Assembly (NCBI GenBank): GCA_964367355.1
Contig: CAYIWY010000004.1
Coordinates: 35,976 to 99,975, forward strand
DNA from: an uncultured Gammaproteobacteria bacterium
Lineage (GTDB): Bacteria; Patescibacteriota; Microgenomatia; Woykebacterales; RBG-16-39-9b
Length of the DNA: 64,000 nucleotides
Reading direction: 5' to 3'
The translations under genes were made by a program, and so were the position numbers. How positions within the stretch are numbered: the first letter of the stretch is position 1; the number at the start of each line of letters is the position of its first letter. Below the pieces are notes generated by a model. That model had not been told where the DNA came from and did not search any database. It saw only the letters and a list, made by a program, of their open reading frames with translations. Shown one piece after another: positions 13,096-23,085 of this stretch.

Positions 13096-13767
13096 TTAAT
13101 TGAGGACAATTGTGAACTCGCCTTTGTGGGATTTACCGGTTAACTGTTTTCTAACCTCATTAATCGAACCTGTTAAAACTGTTTCATGGATTTTGGTTAA
13201 TTCGCGTTGAACTGAAACTTGAGATTCCGGAAAGACTTTTGATAATTCTTCAAGTAGTTTATCAACCCGATGGGGGGATTCATAGAAAATAATACTGGTT
13301 GGCAGTTTATTTTTAATTTCAACTAAAGTTTCTAATAACTTTTCTCGTTTGCCGGAAGTTTTTGGCTGGTAGCCAACAAAAAGAAATTTGTCTGTCGGCA
13401 GGCCTGAAATCGACATCGCCGCAATCGCGGAGGCGGGTCCGGGAATTGTTTTTACATCAATACCTTCTTCACGAGCTGCTCGAACTAACTTAAAACCAGG
13501 ATCAGAGATTAGCGGTGTTCCGGCGTCAGAAATTAAAGCAATGTTTTCACCATTTTTTAACCTTTGAATTATTTCTGGGATACGGGTTAGCTCGTTGTAT
13601 TCGTGAAATGACAACAAGGGTTTTTTTATCTTATAATTATGGAGAAGTTGGCCAGAATGTCTGGTATCTTCACACAAGATTAAGTCGACTTCTTTTAGAG
13701 TTTCAAGTGCTCGAAGAGTAATGTCTTTAATATTTCCAATTGGTGTAGCAACAATGTACAAAGCCAT
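13096..13767 (-). CDS. rsmI: 16S rRNA (cytidine1402-2'-O)-methyltransferase
   Basis: MALYIVATPIGN...LILCEDTRHSGQLL, the tetrapyrrole-methylase fold typical of RsmI. Confidence 0.85.
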   Translation of the reverse strand: MALYIVATPIGNIKDITLRALETLKEVDLILCEDTRHSGQLLHNYKIKKPLLSFHEYNELTRIPEIIQRLKNGENIALISDAGTPLISDPGFKLVRAAREEGIDVKTIPGPASAIAAMSISGLPTDKFLFVGYQPKTSGKREKLLETLVEIKNKLPTSIIFYESPHRVDKLLEELSKVFPESQVSVQRELTKIHETVLTGSINEVRKQLTGKSHKGEFTIVLN

Positions 13768-13773
13768 AAGATT

Positions 13774-13815
13774 GAATCAAGAATCAAGAATCAAGAATCA
13801 AGAATCAAGAATATA
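13774..13815. repeat. tandem heptamer (GAATCAA)x5 plus a degenerate sixth copy, abutting the -10 TATAAT
   Basis: Perfect heptamer tandem array in the divergent rsmI / response-regulator intergenic region, read directly from the sequence. Confidence 0.9.
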
Positions 13816-13834
13816 ATTGTGCTATTATACTCGT

Positions 13835-14206
13835 ATGGACTCCCAAAAGAAAATTTTAATGGTTGAAGATGACGAATTTATCCGTGAGCTTTATCAAAGA
13901 CAGTTGGAACAGGCTGGATTCAATATCCAGTCGACTGCTTCAGGCCAAGAGGGTTTAGACTTACTTGATAAAAATGACTATGATTTGTTAATGTTGGATT
14001 TGAATATCCCGGATGTTTCTGGGTTTCAAATTTTAGAGCATCTCCAAAAAAACCCAAAAGAGAGTATGCAAATATTGATTTTGAGTAATGTTGCTCAAGA
14101 TGAATATATTCAGAAGGGTATAGATATGGGTGCCCAAGCTTTTGTAATTAAAAGTACTTACACCCCGAGTCAAGTTGTGTCTCAGGTTAAAGATCTCTTA
14201 GGCTAA
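13835..14206 (+). CDS. single-domain response regulator (CheY-like receiver)
   Basis: KKILMVEDDEF...LLMLDLNIPDVSGF...KSTYTP. Start chosen at MDSQ; the ORF track begins at 13817. Confidence 0.75.
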   Translation: MDSQKKILMVEDDEFIRELYQRQLEQAGFNIQSTASGQEGLDLLDKNDYDLLMLDLNIPDVSGFQILEHLQKNPKESMQILILSNVAQDEYIQKGIDMGAQAFVIKSTYTPSQVVSQVKDLLG

Positions 14207-14209
14207 AAA

Positions 14210-15580
14210 CTACAGGAATAAAGAAACGATAGTTGCTACTCCAACTAAACCCATTGCAATCGTTACAATCCAACCAAAGGTTGTTATCAGTGGGTGATTT
14301 TTTCTTTGTCCCATAATTTTTTCATTACTACTAATTAACACAATTAAAATCAGAATAATTGGCGCAACTAATCCGTTGGCCACTGCTGAAAAAATCAATG
14401 CTTTTATCGGATCGATATTCAGAAAATTTATCAACAAACCGACTCCCATGGCAATTATAATTACACCATAGAAAGCCGTGGCGTCAGAGAGTTTTCGATA
14501 GAGACCCTGACGTAGTTTTAAGCTTTCAGAGAAGGCGTATGAAGCTGAACCGGCTAAGATTGGTACTGCGAGCAAACCAACACCGATGACACCGACTGCA
14601 AAGAGTAGGTAAGCTTGATCGCCGGCGATAGGTTTAAGAGCCGAAGCGGCATCCGCAGCAGTACCTATGTTAGTGACTCCTTTCGAAAAAAGTGTTGCTG
14701 CGGTAGTTAAAATTATAAAAAACATAACCATATTTGATAAAAACATTCCCGACCAGACGTCGATCCGCATCCGTTTAATTTGTTGATCAGAGGTTTCTTG
14801 GCGCATTTCCAGGTTAGTTTTACCAGCTAATATTTCCTCTTCAACTTCTTGAGACGTTTGCCAAAAGAAAAGATAAGGTGAAATAGTTGTACCCAAAATA
14901 CCGCAAATCAAAAAGATCTGTTCCTTGGAAAAAGTTAAAGAAGGAATTACCGCTTGTCGTAAAATCACTCCCCAGTCTAGACCTTTAATTAGAAATGCTG
15001 CAATTACGTAAGACAACAAAACAAAAGCCAGCCATTTAAGATACCGAGCGTATTTTTCGTAGGTAGAAAAAATTTGCAAAACTAAGCAAAGAATCGTAAA
15101 TCCTAGAACAAGCAACCCAAAGTTAAAGTTTGGAACCAAAAGTTGAGTTACTTTGGCCATGGCCCCTAAATCTGCACCAATGTTTAAGGTATTAGCGAAA
15201 AAAAGTAGTCCTGTGCAACCATAAAGAACCCATTTAGGAAAATTAAGACGGATATTGGCCGCCAGTCCGCGACCTGTAACAATACCAATACGAGCACACA
15301 TTTCCTGAACTAAAGCCATTAAGGGAAAGGTGAGAGGGGCTAACCAAAGTAGTTGAAAACCGTACTTCGCACCAGCTTGAGAATACGTTGCGATTCCTGA
15401 TGGGTCATCGTCTGCTGCACCAGTGGTTAAACCAGGACCGAGCATTTTCCAGTAGGCCTTGGCTTTTTTTACTGGTTCTTGGTTAGCAATTTTTTCGCCG
15501 AGTTGTCCCGCAGCATCAATAGCTTTCTCAACTGCCACAGCGGGCGCTTCGGCTACTTTTTCGGCAATTTCTTCAGGCAT
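14210..15580 (-). CDS. mntH: Nramp-family divalent metal (Mn2+/Fe2+) transporter
   Basis: GPGLTTGAADDDPSGIATYSQAGA motif; 456 aa polytopic membrane protein. Confidence 0.9.
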   Translation of the reverse strand: MPEEIAEKVAEAPAVAVEKAIDAAGQLGEKIANQEPVKKAKAYWKMLGPGLTTGAADDDPSGIATYSQAGAKYGFQLLWLAPLTFPLMALVQEMCARIGIVTGRGLAANIRLNFPKWVLYGCTGLLFFANTLNIGADLGAMAKVTQLLVPNFNFGLLVLGFTILCLVLQIFSTYEKYARYLKWLAFVLLSYVIAAFLIKGLDWGVILRQAVIPSLTFSKEQIFLICGILGTTISPYLFFWQTSQEVEEEILAGKTNLEMRQETSDQQIKRMRIDVWSGMFLSNMVMFFIILTTAATLFSKGVTNIGTAADAASALKPIAGDQAYLLFAVGVIGVGLLAVPILAGSASYAFSESLKLRQGLYRKLSDATAFYGVIIIAMGVGLLINFLNIDPIKALIFSAVANGLVAPIILILIVLISSNEKIMGQRKNHPLITTFGWIVTIAMGLVGVATIVSLFL

Positions 15581-15660
15581 TTTTAGTTTTCCTAAACGTA
15601 AGCAATAATATTATTGCTTAATTTAAGATTAGCCTAAATAAGGGATCAGAAGCAAGTTTT

Positions 15661-16281
15661 TTAGTGGTATTTGCGAATAACTCCGGTGACTTTGCCCTGA
15701 ATTTTGATATCCCCACGAACAATTATCGGGTTCATTGAGGAATTAGCAGGCTCAAGTCTGATATGATCGGCTTCCTTGTAGTAGCGTTTTAGTGTTGTGA
15801 AATTATCGTTTAAAAGTGCCACGACAATCTCTCCGTTGTTAGCCGTTTCACTTTGTTCGATTAAGACATAATCCCCATCGAGTATGGCAGCTTCAATCAT
15901 TGATTCTCCCTTGACTTGTAAAACGTAACTTCTACGATTACCAATCATGTCCTCTGGTACCGTGATAGTTGCAGTTGGGTCGGCGATAGCTTCAATCGGT
16001 TGACCGGCCGCGATTTTCCCCATTATCGGTACCTCAACTCCTGACGGAATCCAACCCATAATTTTTTGATCGACTATTTCCAGTCCTCGCCTAGCGCCCT
16101 CTGTTTTTTTCAGTACTCCCTTATCGATTAAATTCTGAATATGTTCATGGGCTGTTGCAGGGGAACGTAGACCCAGGCCATCACAAATTTCAGCTAGTGT
16201 CGGGGCATAACCCCTTTTTTGCATGTATTGGGAAATAAATTCTAGCAAGTCTCTTTGTCGGCGGTAAACAATCGGTGGCAT
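15661..16281 (-). CDS. lexA: LexA repressor (S24 peptidase)
   Basis: N-terminal winged helix-turn-helix, catalytic GESM serine motif, and the conserved Lys in LKRYYK. Confidence 0.9.
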   Translation of the reverse strand: MPPIVYRRQRDLLEFISQYMQKRGYAPTLAEICDGLGLRSPATAHEHIQNLIDKGVLKKTEGARRGLEIVDQKIMGWIPSGVEVPIMGKIAAGQPIEAIADPTATITVPEDMIGNRRSYVLQVKGESMIEAAILDGDYVLIEQSETANNGEIVVALLNDNFTTLKRYYKEADHIRLEPANSSMNPIIVRGDIKIQGKVTGVIRKYH

Positions 16282-16439
16282 AGTTTCTCCTTTTTCGCAA
16301 CCAGGGGAATTTATTTGGTTAATTTCTGGTTAAATTATTGCTTATTTTTCGGCTCTTGGCAACTGGGACATTGTAGAACCTATTACAAAGTTTCTATATC
16401 AACTTACAGATCCTTGCGCACTCGTGTTAAAATAATATT

Positions 16440-17035
16440 TACCTAAGGAGATGGGCACACCTGGAAACTTTGCGCTGTTGAGTCCAGTTAGGTTATTGGG
16501 GGGGGTGATGCTTTCAGACAGTCGGGAACAGCGGGCTGTTACGAAACCGTAATCTACACGGTTCTGAATAGATGTAGTGGTCCCCCTTTTTTGAGATCAA
16601 ACCTGTTTTGGCTATTCGCTGTATCGGCCGGGGGCGAGTGCCTTATGAAGAGCAGGTGGGTCTGGAGAGAGACCGGGTGAGTTTGGGTGCGCGAAGGTGG
16701 CCTTGATGGAAAAATCACTCAGCCCACCCGGTCTTAGATCCTTTGGCTCAACCTGAAACCTTTACTACCCTCTAGGTTTCAGTGAAAGCAATGGCAGGAG
16801 AGGAAACGCTTTGGCGAAAAGGAAATGATGCGTGCATCGACCTTTTTCCGGGGAAGATAATGACGGTACCTGGATCTCTCCTGCCTTCTTTTGCGCGCTT
16901 CCTGAATTGTCGAGACACTTGATGACCCAAGTTGGCTCCGATTTGGGTTGTTGCTTGCCGCAGTTAATGATTTTGAAAGGCTTTGGTCTCCTTTCACTTT
17001 CAAACTCTTAACTGCGGCATCCTTTTTTAACTTCC
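16440..17035 (+). ncRNA. GC-rich structured non-coding region (one or two candidate ncRNAs, unassigned)
   Basis: A G7...C5+U6 bracketed element at 16490-16595. Perfect hairpin CUGAAACC...GGUUUCAG. Long-range 10-bp pair GGCAGGAGAG (16792) / CUCUCCUGCC (16878). Terminal 11-bp stem GCCGCAGUUAA / UUAACUGCGGC followed by a U tract at about 17030. Confidence 0.3.
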
Positions 17036-17069
17036 TTTATTCAAATTTTTGGTTTAGAATTGCTTTCCT

Positions 17070-19082
17070 ATGGATAGATTTAAATTGAACCTACCCTTTC
17101 AACCAACGGGTGATCAACCAAACGCAATTGAAAAATTGGTAGCTGGTTTGAAAAAAGGCTATAAGCACCAGACCCTACTCGGCGCGACTGGAACAGGCAA
17201 AACTTTTACGGTTGCCAATATCGTCAATCAAATTAACAAACCGACCTTAGTGTTGGCACACAACAAGACTTTAGCGGCTCAGCTTGCTAGCGAATACCGT
17301 GAATTTTTCCCGGAAAATTCTGTCGAGTATTTTGTTTCTTATTATGATTACTATCAGCCAGAAGCTTACGTTCCCAAGATTGATTTATATATAGAAAAAG
17401 ACTCAAGCATAAATGAAGAGATCGATCGCTTGCGGTTAGCAGCGACTAAAGCACTGATGACACGAAGTGATGTTTTGATTGTTGCTAGCGTTTCTTGTAT
17501 CTACAACCTCGGTTCCCCGGTAAACTACAAAAATAGTCTCGTTAATCTTAAAGTTAGCGATAAAGTAGTTCTCAAAGATATTTTCCGCTCCCTGAATGAA
17601 ATTCAATACGAGCGCAATGATTTTGAATTGAAGCGAGCGACTTTCAGAGTTAAAGGCGATGTTGTGGAAATCTATCCAGCCTACGAAGAGTTTTCTTTAA
17701 GAGTAAATTTACTCGGAGACACGATTGAAAAAATTGAAAAAATTAATCCAACTTCAGGTGAGAAGGACAGCGAACTCTCAGAAATTAGTATTTTTCCAGC
17801 CCGGCACTATGTTATGCCGGAACGAGATTTGAAAAGTCCGCTTTCTGAAATTAAGAATGATCTACGAACTCGCCTCAAAGAGTTAAGAGATCAAAATTTA
17901 TTAGTTGAAGCCCAAAGGTTGGAAAGCCGTACTCTTTATGATCTGGAAATGATTGAGCAGCTTGGTTATTGCACAGGGGTGGAGAATTATTCGCGTTATT
18001 TTGATGGTCGCAAAAGAGGAGACCCACCATTTACCTTGCTTGATTATTTTCCCAAAGATTTTCTTTTGATTGTTGATGAGTCGCATATGACACTGCCGCA
18101 AATTCGCGGTATGTGGCATGGTGAAAAAGCCAGAAAAACAATGCTAGTTGATCATGGTTTTCGCTTGCCGTCGGCTTTTGACAACCGACCGCTAAATTTT
18201 GAAGAATTTTCCCGCCACATTAACCAAGTTGTCTATACTAGCGCCACTCCAACTGATTATGAAATTTCGATGTCAGAACAGGTGGTTGAGCAGATTATCC
18301 GCCCGACCGGGATAGTCGATCCGGAAATTGAAATACGAAAAACTGAAGGCCAGATCCCAGATTTGATCGAAGAAATAAAGATTCGAGTTAAGAAATCAGA
18401 AAGAATTCTTGTCACAACTTTGACCAAAAGAATGGCGGAAGAATTGACGGAATATCTAAAAGAAAAAGATATCAAGGTAATGTATATTCATTTTGAAGTT
18501 GAAACCATGGAGCGAGTTAAAATTCTAGCTGACTTACGGCGGGGAATTTACGATGTTTTGATTGGTGTTAACCTGTTGCGTGAAGGCCTCGATTTGCCAG
18601 AAGTTTCACTAGTGGCGATCATGGACGCCGACAAAGAGGGTTTTTTACGCAGCCGTACTTCTTTAATTCAAACTACCGGGCGAGCGGCCCGTCGGGTTAA
18701 TAGCCGAGTTATTATGTACGCTGATAAAATTACCGGATCGATGCAAGCCGCGATCGACGAAACTGACCGACGACGGGAAATACAAGTTGCTTATAACAAG
18801 AAACACAATATTACCGCCAAAACAATTGAAAAAACAATTCATGATATCTCTGAACGGCTAGCTGAAATACAACCAGAAGCAACAACGGTCGAAGAACTTG
18901 ATTTTACAAAAATTCCACAGTCCGAAGTTAAAAAGTTAAACAAGGAATTAGAAACAGAAATGAAAATTGCCGCGGAAAACCTAGACTTTGAACGGGCAGC
19001 TCTGCTGCGGGATCAGATTATTGAACTGCGGAATAGTGACTTGAAAATTCCCGAGACGATTACTCCGGATAAAGTTAAATAA
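17070..19082 (+). CDS. uvrB: excinuclease ABC subunit B
   Basis: GATGTGKTFT Walker A, helicase motifs, and a C-terminal UVR domain. Confidence 0.95.
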   Translation: MDRFKLNLPFQPTGDQPNAIEKLVAGLKKGYKHQTLLGATGTGKTFTVANIVNQINKPTLVLAHNKTLAAQLASEYREFFPENSVEYFVSYYDYYQPEAYVPKIDLYIEKDSSINEEIDRLRLAATKALMTRSDVLIVASVSCIYNLGSPVNYKNSLVNLKVSDKVVLKDIFRSLNEIQYERNDFELKRATFRVKGDVVEIYPAYEEFSLRVNLLGDTIEKIEKINPTSGEKDSELSEISIFPARHYVMPERDLKSPLSEIKNDLRTRLKELRDQNLLVEAQRLESRTLYDLEMIEQLGYCTGVENYSRYFDGRKRGDPPFTLLDYFPKDFLLIVDESHMTLPQIRGMWHGEKARKTMLVDHGFRLPSAFDNRPLNFEEFSRHINQVVYTSATPTDYEISMSEQVVEQIIRPTGIVDPEIEIRKTEGQIPDLIEEIKIRVKKSERILVTTLTKRMAEELTEYLKEKDIKVMYIHFEVETMERVKILADLRRGIYDVLIGVNLLREGLDLPEVSLVAIMDADKEGFLRSRTSLIQTTGRAARRVNSRVIMYADKITGSMQAAIDETDRRREIQVAYNKKHNITAKTIEKTIHDISERLAEIQPEATTVEELDFTKIPQSEVKKLNKELETEMKIAAENLDFERAALLRDQIIELRNSDLKIPETITPDKVK

Positions 19083-19312
19083 ATTTCCTTCTCGTTACTT
19101 TTTAGAAAAGTAACCAAAACTTTCACCTTGCAGCGTAAGCTAAAGAAATTCAAGTCGCTCGTATACGTCGACAACTCGCCTTAAGAAAGTCTCAAACACG
19201 TCCGACTTAATATCTCACTTTGTTGAATTTCTTTCATACGCTTACTTGCAACGGTGAGTTAAGACTGATTAAAAAAGAGAAAGCCTAACTTGGGGTGCAG
19301 CAAGTTAGGCTT

Positions 19313-19351
<39 letters not shown>

Positions 19352-19789
19352 ATTGCAGATGCGGAACGAGTACGCTACTTCTTCCAACCCATCTTCACTG
19401 TGCACCCTACTCGAATTTGGGTTTGAAAGCATGGCGGGGGAGTACTAGAATTGTGCGCGCACACCCCTCTAGAATTTGCGTTGTCTGGGACGCAAACCTG
19501 CCGTACTCTCCCCATTGGCAGCTTTTTTGAGGGTTTGACTAGTGAACGACTCACATATTCCGATTTTGTCGGAACGTTTTTTTTGTCACTAGCGAGGGAA
19601 CCCTGCCTGACCTCTCACCACAACACTCCACCGCAACCAACTTAATCAATCACGGCAAAACAAACAACAAAGTTATAGGGGAGGTGCCAAGAACCACGGG
19701 AACCCGGTACCCTGTCCAAGTGTCATAAACCCGGCAAATCCGAAGTTCACCAGGCGCTGACTTTTGCCGCATCTCTCCCCAGAGGGCAC

Positions 19790-20060
19790 AATTCAAGTGT
19801 TTGCAATATACCGTATTGTGGCCAGAAAGTCAAGTTTGGGGAAAAAGAAGGCTCTCGCAGAGGGTGCGTACGAGAGCAGCGATGGCCAAAGGGAGGTGTT
19901 CGTGGTTCCTTCTGGCAAGTGAGCTCTACCTTAAGCTTGACTAGCACCGTTAAGTTCAAGGGGAAATAATCATCTGGGGTGAGAGACAAAAGTTTCATCG
20001 CCCACCCCTTGATGTCCACAAACACTGAAATTCAAAAGCCCCCGCCTGCCTGAGAAAATC
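19790..20060 (+). ncRNA. rnpB: candidate RNase P RNA-like structured RNA
   Basis: Recalled type-A landmarks appear in order: GAAAGUC, AGGGUGCGUACGAGAGCAGCGAUGGCC (cf. ACAGAGAGCAAACCGCCGAUGGCC), CAAGGGGAAAUAAU (cf. CAAGGCCAAAUAGG) and UGUCCACAAACACUGAAAUUCA (cf. GUCCACGACAGAACCCGGCUUA). A long-range 8-bp pair AGUGUUUG (19795) / CAAACACU (20020) is also present. Not confirmed by covariance search. Confidence 0.35.
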
Positions 20061-20200
20061 AGTGTTGCAACCAAATTTAACTCTCTCCAAAGCAATTGAG
20101 TGTAGCAAGTGAAAATTTTTCCGTCAACAAGGGAGCGGCTCGACTCTTGTTTAATCTTGATTTTTTCGATATAATCTTTCGGTAATTTTGTGGAATATTT

Positions 20201-23032
20201 ATGAAAGATAAAATAATAATTCGCGGTGCCTCCGAACATAATCTAAAAAATATTAATCTCGAAATACCCAAAAATTCCCTAGTTGTATTCACTGGCATAT
20301 CCGGGAGTGGAAAAAGCTCCCTTGCTTTTGACACAATCTATGCGGAAGGGCAAAGACGTTATGTCGAGTCGCTTTCAGCTTACGCTCGGCAATTTCTGGG
20401 GTTGATGGAAAAGCCAGATGTTGACCAAATTGAAGGCCTTTCGCCAGCAATTTCAATTGATCAAAAAACAGCTTCAAAAAATCCCCGTTCTACGGTCGGA
20501 ACTATTACTGAAGTTTATGATTACATGCGGCTTTTGTGGGCAAGAGTCGGTGTGCCGCATTGTTCGATCGACGGTAAAGCAATTAAGGCCCAAACGGTTC
20601 AGGAAATTGTCGACCAAATTCAAAACGAAATAAAGGAAAGCAAAAAAGAAAAACTATCGTTTATTCTTGCTCCGATAATTAAAAGTCGAAAAGGAATCTA
20701 TGAGGAAGTCTTCCGCGATTTGAAGAAAAAAGGCTTTGCTAGAGTACGAGTTGATAAAAAGATTTATGAATTGGACGAGACGCCAAGTTTAGATCGTTAT
20801 AAAATTCATGACATCGAAGTTGTCATTGACCGTCTTGCAGACCTGGTCGATGACCAAAGGGTAACGGAATCAGTCGAAACCGCTTTGCGCTTTGGTGAAG
20901 GTTTGGTTACTCTAGCGACCGAGGAGGGGGTTGATAAAACTTTTTCTGAAAAATTTGCTTGCCCGGAACACGGGCTTTCGTTGCCAGAGTTGGAACCAAG
21001 AACATTTTCCTTCAATAGCCCGCAGGGAGCTTGTCAGACCTGTGGGGGCTTGGGCGTAAAGCTAACAGTTGATCAAGATTTGGTAATACCAAATAAAAAC
21101 CTTTCAATTACAGAAGGGGCGATCCATCCTTGGAGTCGAATGATCTCGCATGATTCTTGGTCATCACGCAGACTGGACGCACTCGCTGTGCATCTGAACT
21201 TTTCACTTTCATCACCAATAAAAGATTTATCCAAAGAAGTGTTAGATATAATTCTTAACGGAAGTACAGAGGAAACGTTTCGGGTTTCAGGTCGCAATCG
21301 GTTTGGTCGGTCAATAACCTTTGATACTAGTTTTGAGGGTGTTGTCTCGGAATTGCTCAGACGCCATCGTGAAAGTGACAGTGATTGGGTCCGGAGGGAA
21401 ATCGAAAAATATATGCGCGAGGAAGTTTGCGATAATTGCAACGGCAATCGTCTCCGCAGTGATGTTCTCTACATCACGGTAGCTAACAAGTCTATTGTTG
21501 AGGTTGCAAACTATCCAGTAAGCACGGCTGCAAATTGGTTTTCGAAACTTTCGCTAAATTCAAGGGACCAACTAATCGCCAAGCAAATTCTCAAAGAAAT
21601 AAACAGCCGGCTGCGGTTTTTAATGGACGTTGGTTTGAATTATTTGACGATCAATCGTGCCAGTGCAACTCTTTCTGGTGGAGAAGCCCAAAGAATTCGT
21701 TTGGCCAGCCAAATTGGTTCTGGGTTGTCGGGGGTACTTTATGTTCTCGATGAACCAACAATCGGACTTCATCCAAAAGACAATGACAAGTTGATAAAGA
21801 CGCTTTTGGATTTGCGTGACCTAGGAAATACGGTGATTGTTGTCGAGCATGATCGGGAAGTTATGCTAGCCGCTGATTATCTGGTTGACATTGGTCCTGG
21901 CGCAGGGGAACACGGCGGCAGAATAATTGCTCGTGGGACTCCCTCGGAAGTAATTGCCGATCCTAACTCTCTGACCGGGCAATATTTAGCTAACAAAAGA
22001 AAAATCGGGGAAATTAAAACAAAAAGAGTCGTGAATGAAAATGTTTTGAAAATAGTTGGCGCAAGTCAGCATAACTTGAAAAACATTGATGTCGAAATTC
22101 CCCTAAGTAAGTTTGTTGCTGTCACTGGAGTTTCGGGAAGTGGTAAATCGACTCTGGTTGAAGATATTTTGAAAAAAGCACTTTCTGCTAAATTTTATCG
22201 TTCCAAAGAAAAACCAGGTGTTCATAAAGAAATTATTGGAACCGAACATATCGACAAGGTAATTGATATCGATCAGTCCCCAATTGGTCGGACTCCGCGA
22301 AGTAATCCGGCCACGTATACCGGAGCCTTTACCAATATTCGGGAGCTTTTTTCCTCCACTCCTGATGCTAAGGCGAGAGGTTACAACGCTGGACGATTTT
22401 CTTTTAACGTCAAAGGTGGGCGTTGTGAGACCTGTGAGGGTGATGGAGTAATAAAAATCGAGATGCAGTTTTTACCGGATGTCTACGTAACTTGTGAAAC
22501 CTGTTTGGGTAAACGTTACAACCGAGAAGCTTTGGAAATATTCTACAAAGGGAAAAATATTGCCGATATATTAGATATGACAATTGCCGAAGCAACAGAG
22601 TTCTTTGATAAAATTCCGTCAATCAACGCTAAATTTAAGACATTACTTGAAGTAGGTTTGGGTTATATGCGTCTTGGGCAAGCAGCGACAACCCTTTCGG
22701 GTGGGGAAGCGCAAGGAATTAAACTTGCTGCCGAGTTGTCAAAAAGAAGTTCTGGGAAAACGCTTTATATTCTAGATGAGCCGACCACTGGTTTACATTT
22801 TGCCGATATTGATAATTTGCTCTCGGTGCTGCATCGATTAGTGGAGATTGGTAATACAGTTTTAATAATTGAGCACAATTTGGATGTAATAAAGAGCGCT
22901 GATTACATTATCGATCTTGGTCCCGAAGGTGGGGAAAAAGGTGGTTACTTGGTCGCCGCCGGAACGATCAAAGAAATTATCGCCAATAAAAAAAGTACTA
23001 CCGGAGAATATCTTGCTAAGATGAAACTTTAG
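20201..23032 (+). CDS. uvrA: excinuclease ABC subunit A
   Basis: Two ABC ATPase modules (GISGSGKSSL and GVSGSGKSTL) plus zinc-finger cysteine pairs. Confidence 0.95.
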   Translation: MKDKIIIRGASEHNLKNINLEIPKNSLVVFTGISGSGKSSLAFDTIYAEGQRRYVESLSAYARQFLGLMEKPDVDQIEGLSPAISIDQKTASKNPRSTVGTITEVYDYMRLLWARVGVPHCSIDGKAIKAQTVQEIVDQIQNEIKESKKEKLSFILAPIIKSRKGIYEEVFRDLKKKGFARVRVDKKIYELDETPSLDRYKIHDIEVVIDRLADLVDDQRVTESVETALRFGEGLVTLATEEGVDKTFSEKFACPEHGLSLPELEPRTFSFNSPQGACQTCGGLGVKLTVDQDLVIPNKNLSITEGAIHPWSRMISHDSWSSRRLDALAVHLNFSLSSPIKDLSKEVLDIILNGSTEETFRVSGRNRFGRSITFDTSFEGVVSELLRRHRESDSDWVRREIEKYMREEVCDNCNGNRLRSDVLYITVANKSIVEVANYPVSTAANWFSKLSLNSRDQLIAKQILKEINSRLRFLMDVGLNYLTINRASATLSGGEAQRIRLASQIGSGLSGVLYVLDEPTIGLHPKDNDKLIKTLLDLRDLGNTVIVVEHDREVMLAADYLVDIGPGAGEHGGRIIARGTPSEVIADPNSLTGQYLANKRKIGEIKTKRVVNENVLKIVGASQHNLKNIDVEIPLSKFVAVTGVSGSGKSTLVEDILKKALSAKFYRSKEKPGVHKEIIGTEHIDKVIDIDQSPIGRTPRSNPATYTGAFTNIRELFSSTPDAKARGYNAGRFSFNVKGGRCETCEGDGVIKIEMQFLPDVYVTCETCLGKRYNREALEIFYKGKNIADILDMTIAEATEFFDKIPSINAKFKTLLEVGLGYMRLGQAATTLSGGEAQGIKLAAELSKRSSGKTLYILDEPTTGLHFADIDNLLSVLHRLVEIGNTVLIIEHNLDVIKSADYIIDLGPEGGEKGGYLVAAGTIKEIIANKKSTTGEYLAKMKL

Positions 23033-23034
23033 AA

Positions 23035-23085
23035 AAAGAAAAGCACAACCAGAGTGGCCGTGCTTTGTTGATCCCGCTCGTTATT
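23035..23085. terminator. hairpin repeat R1 (AAAAGCACAACC...GGCCGTGCTTTGTTGATC)
   Basis: First of four about 50-nt copies (R1-R4). The hairpin folds best as minus-strand RNA and is flanked by A/T runs. This copy directly follows the uvrA stop. Confidence 0.55.

Noticed and set aside
16282-16440. Possible LexA (SOS) box upstream of lexA (TAGAAC-N11-GTTTCTA) and similar half-sites near uvrA/uvrB
   Set aside because: Only loose resemblance to GAAC-N4-GTTC Cheo-type boxes. The spacing is wrong and no consistent motif is shared among the three SOS-gene upstream regions by eye.
19747-20334. Three minus-strand ORFs (92, 89, 85 aa) upstream of uvrA
   Set aside because: They lie antisense in a GC-rich structured non-coding region and across the uvrA promoter and start. 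No RBS is present and the composition is poor.
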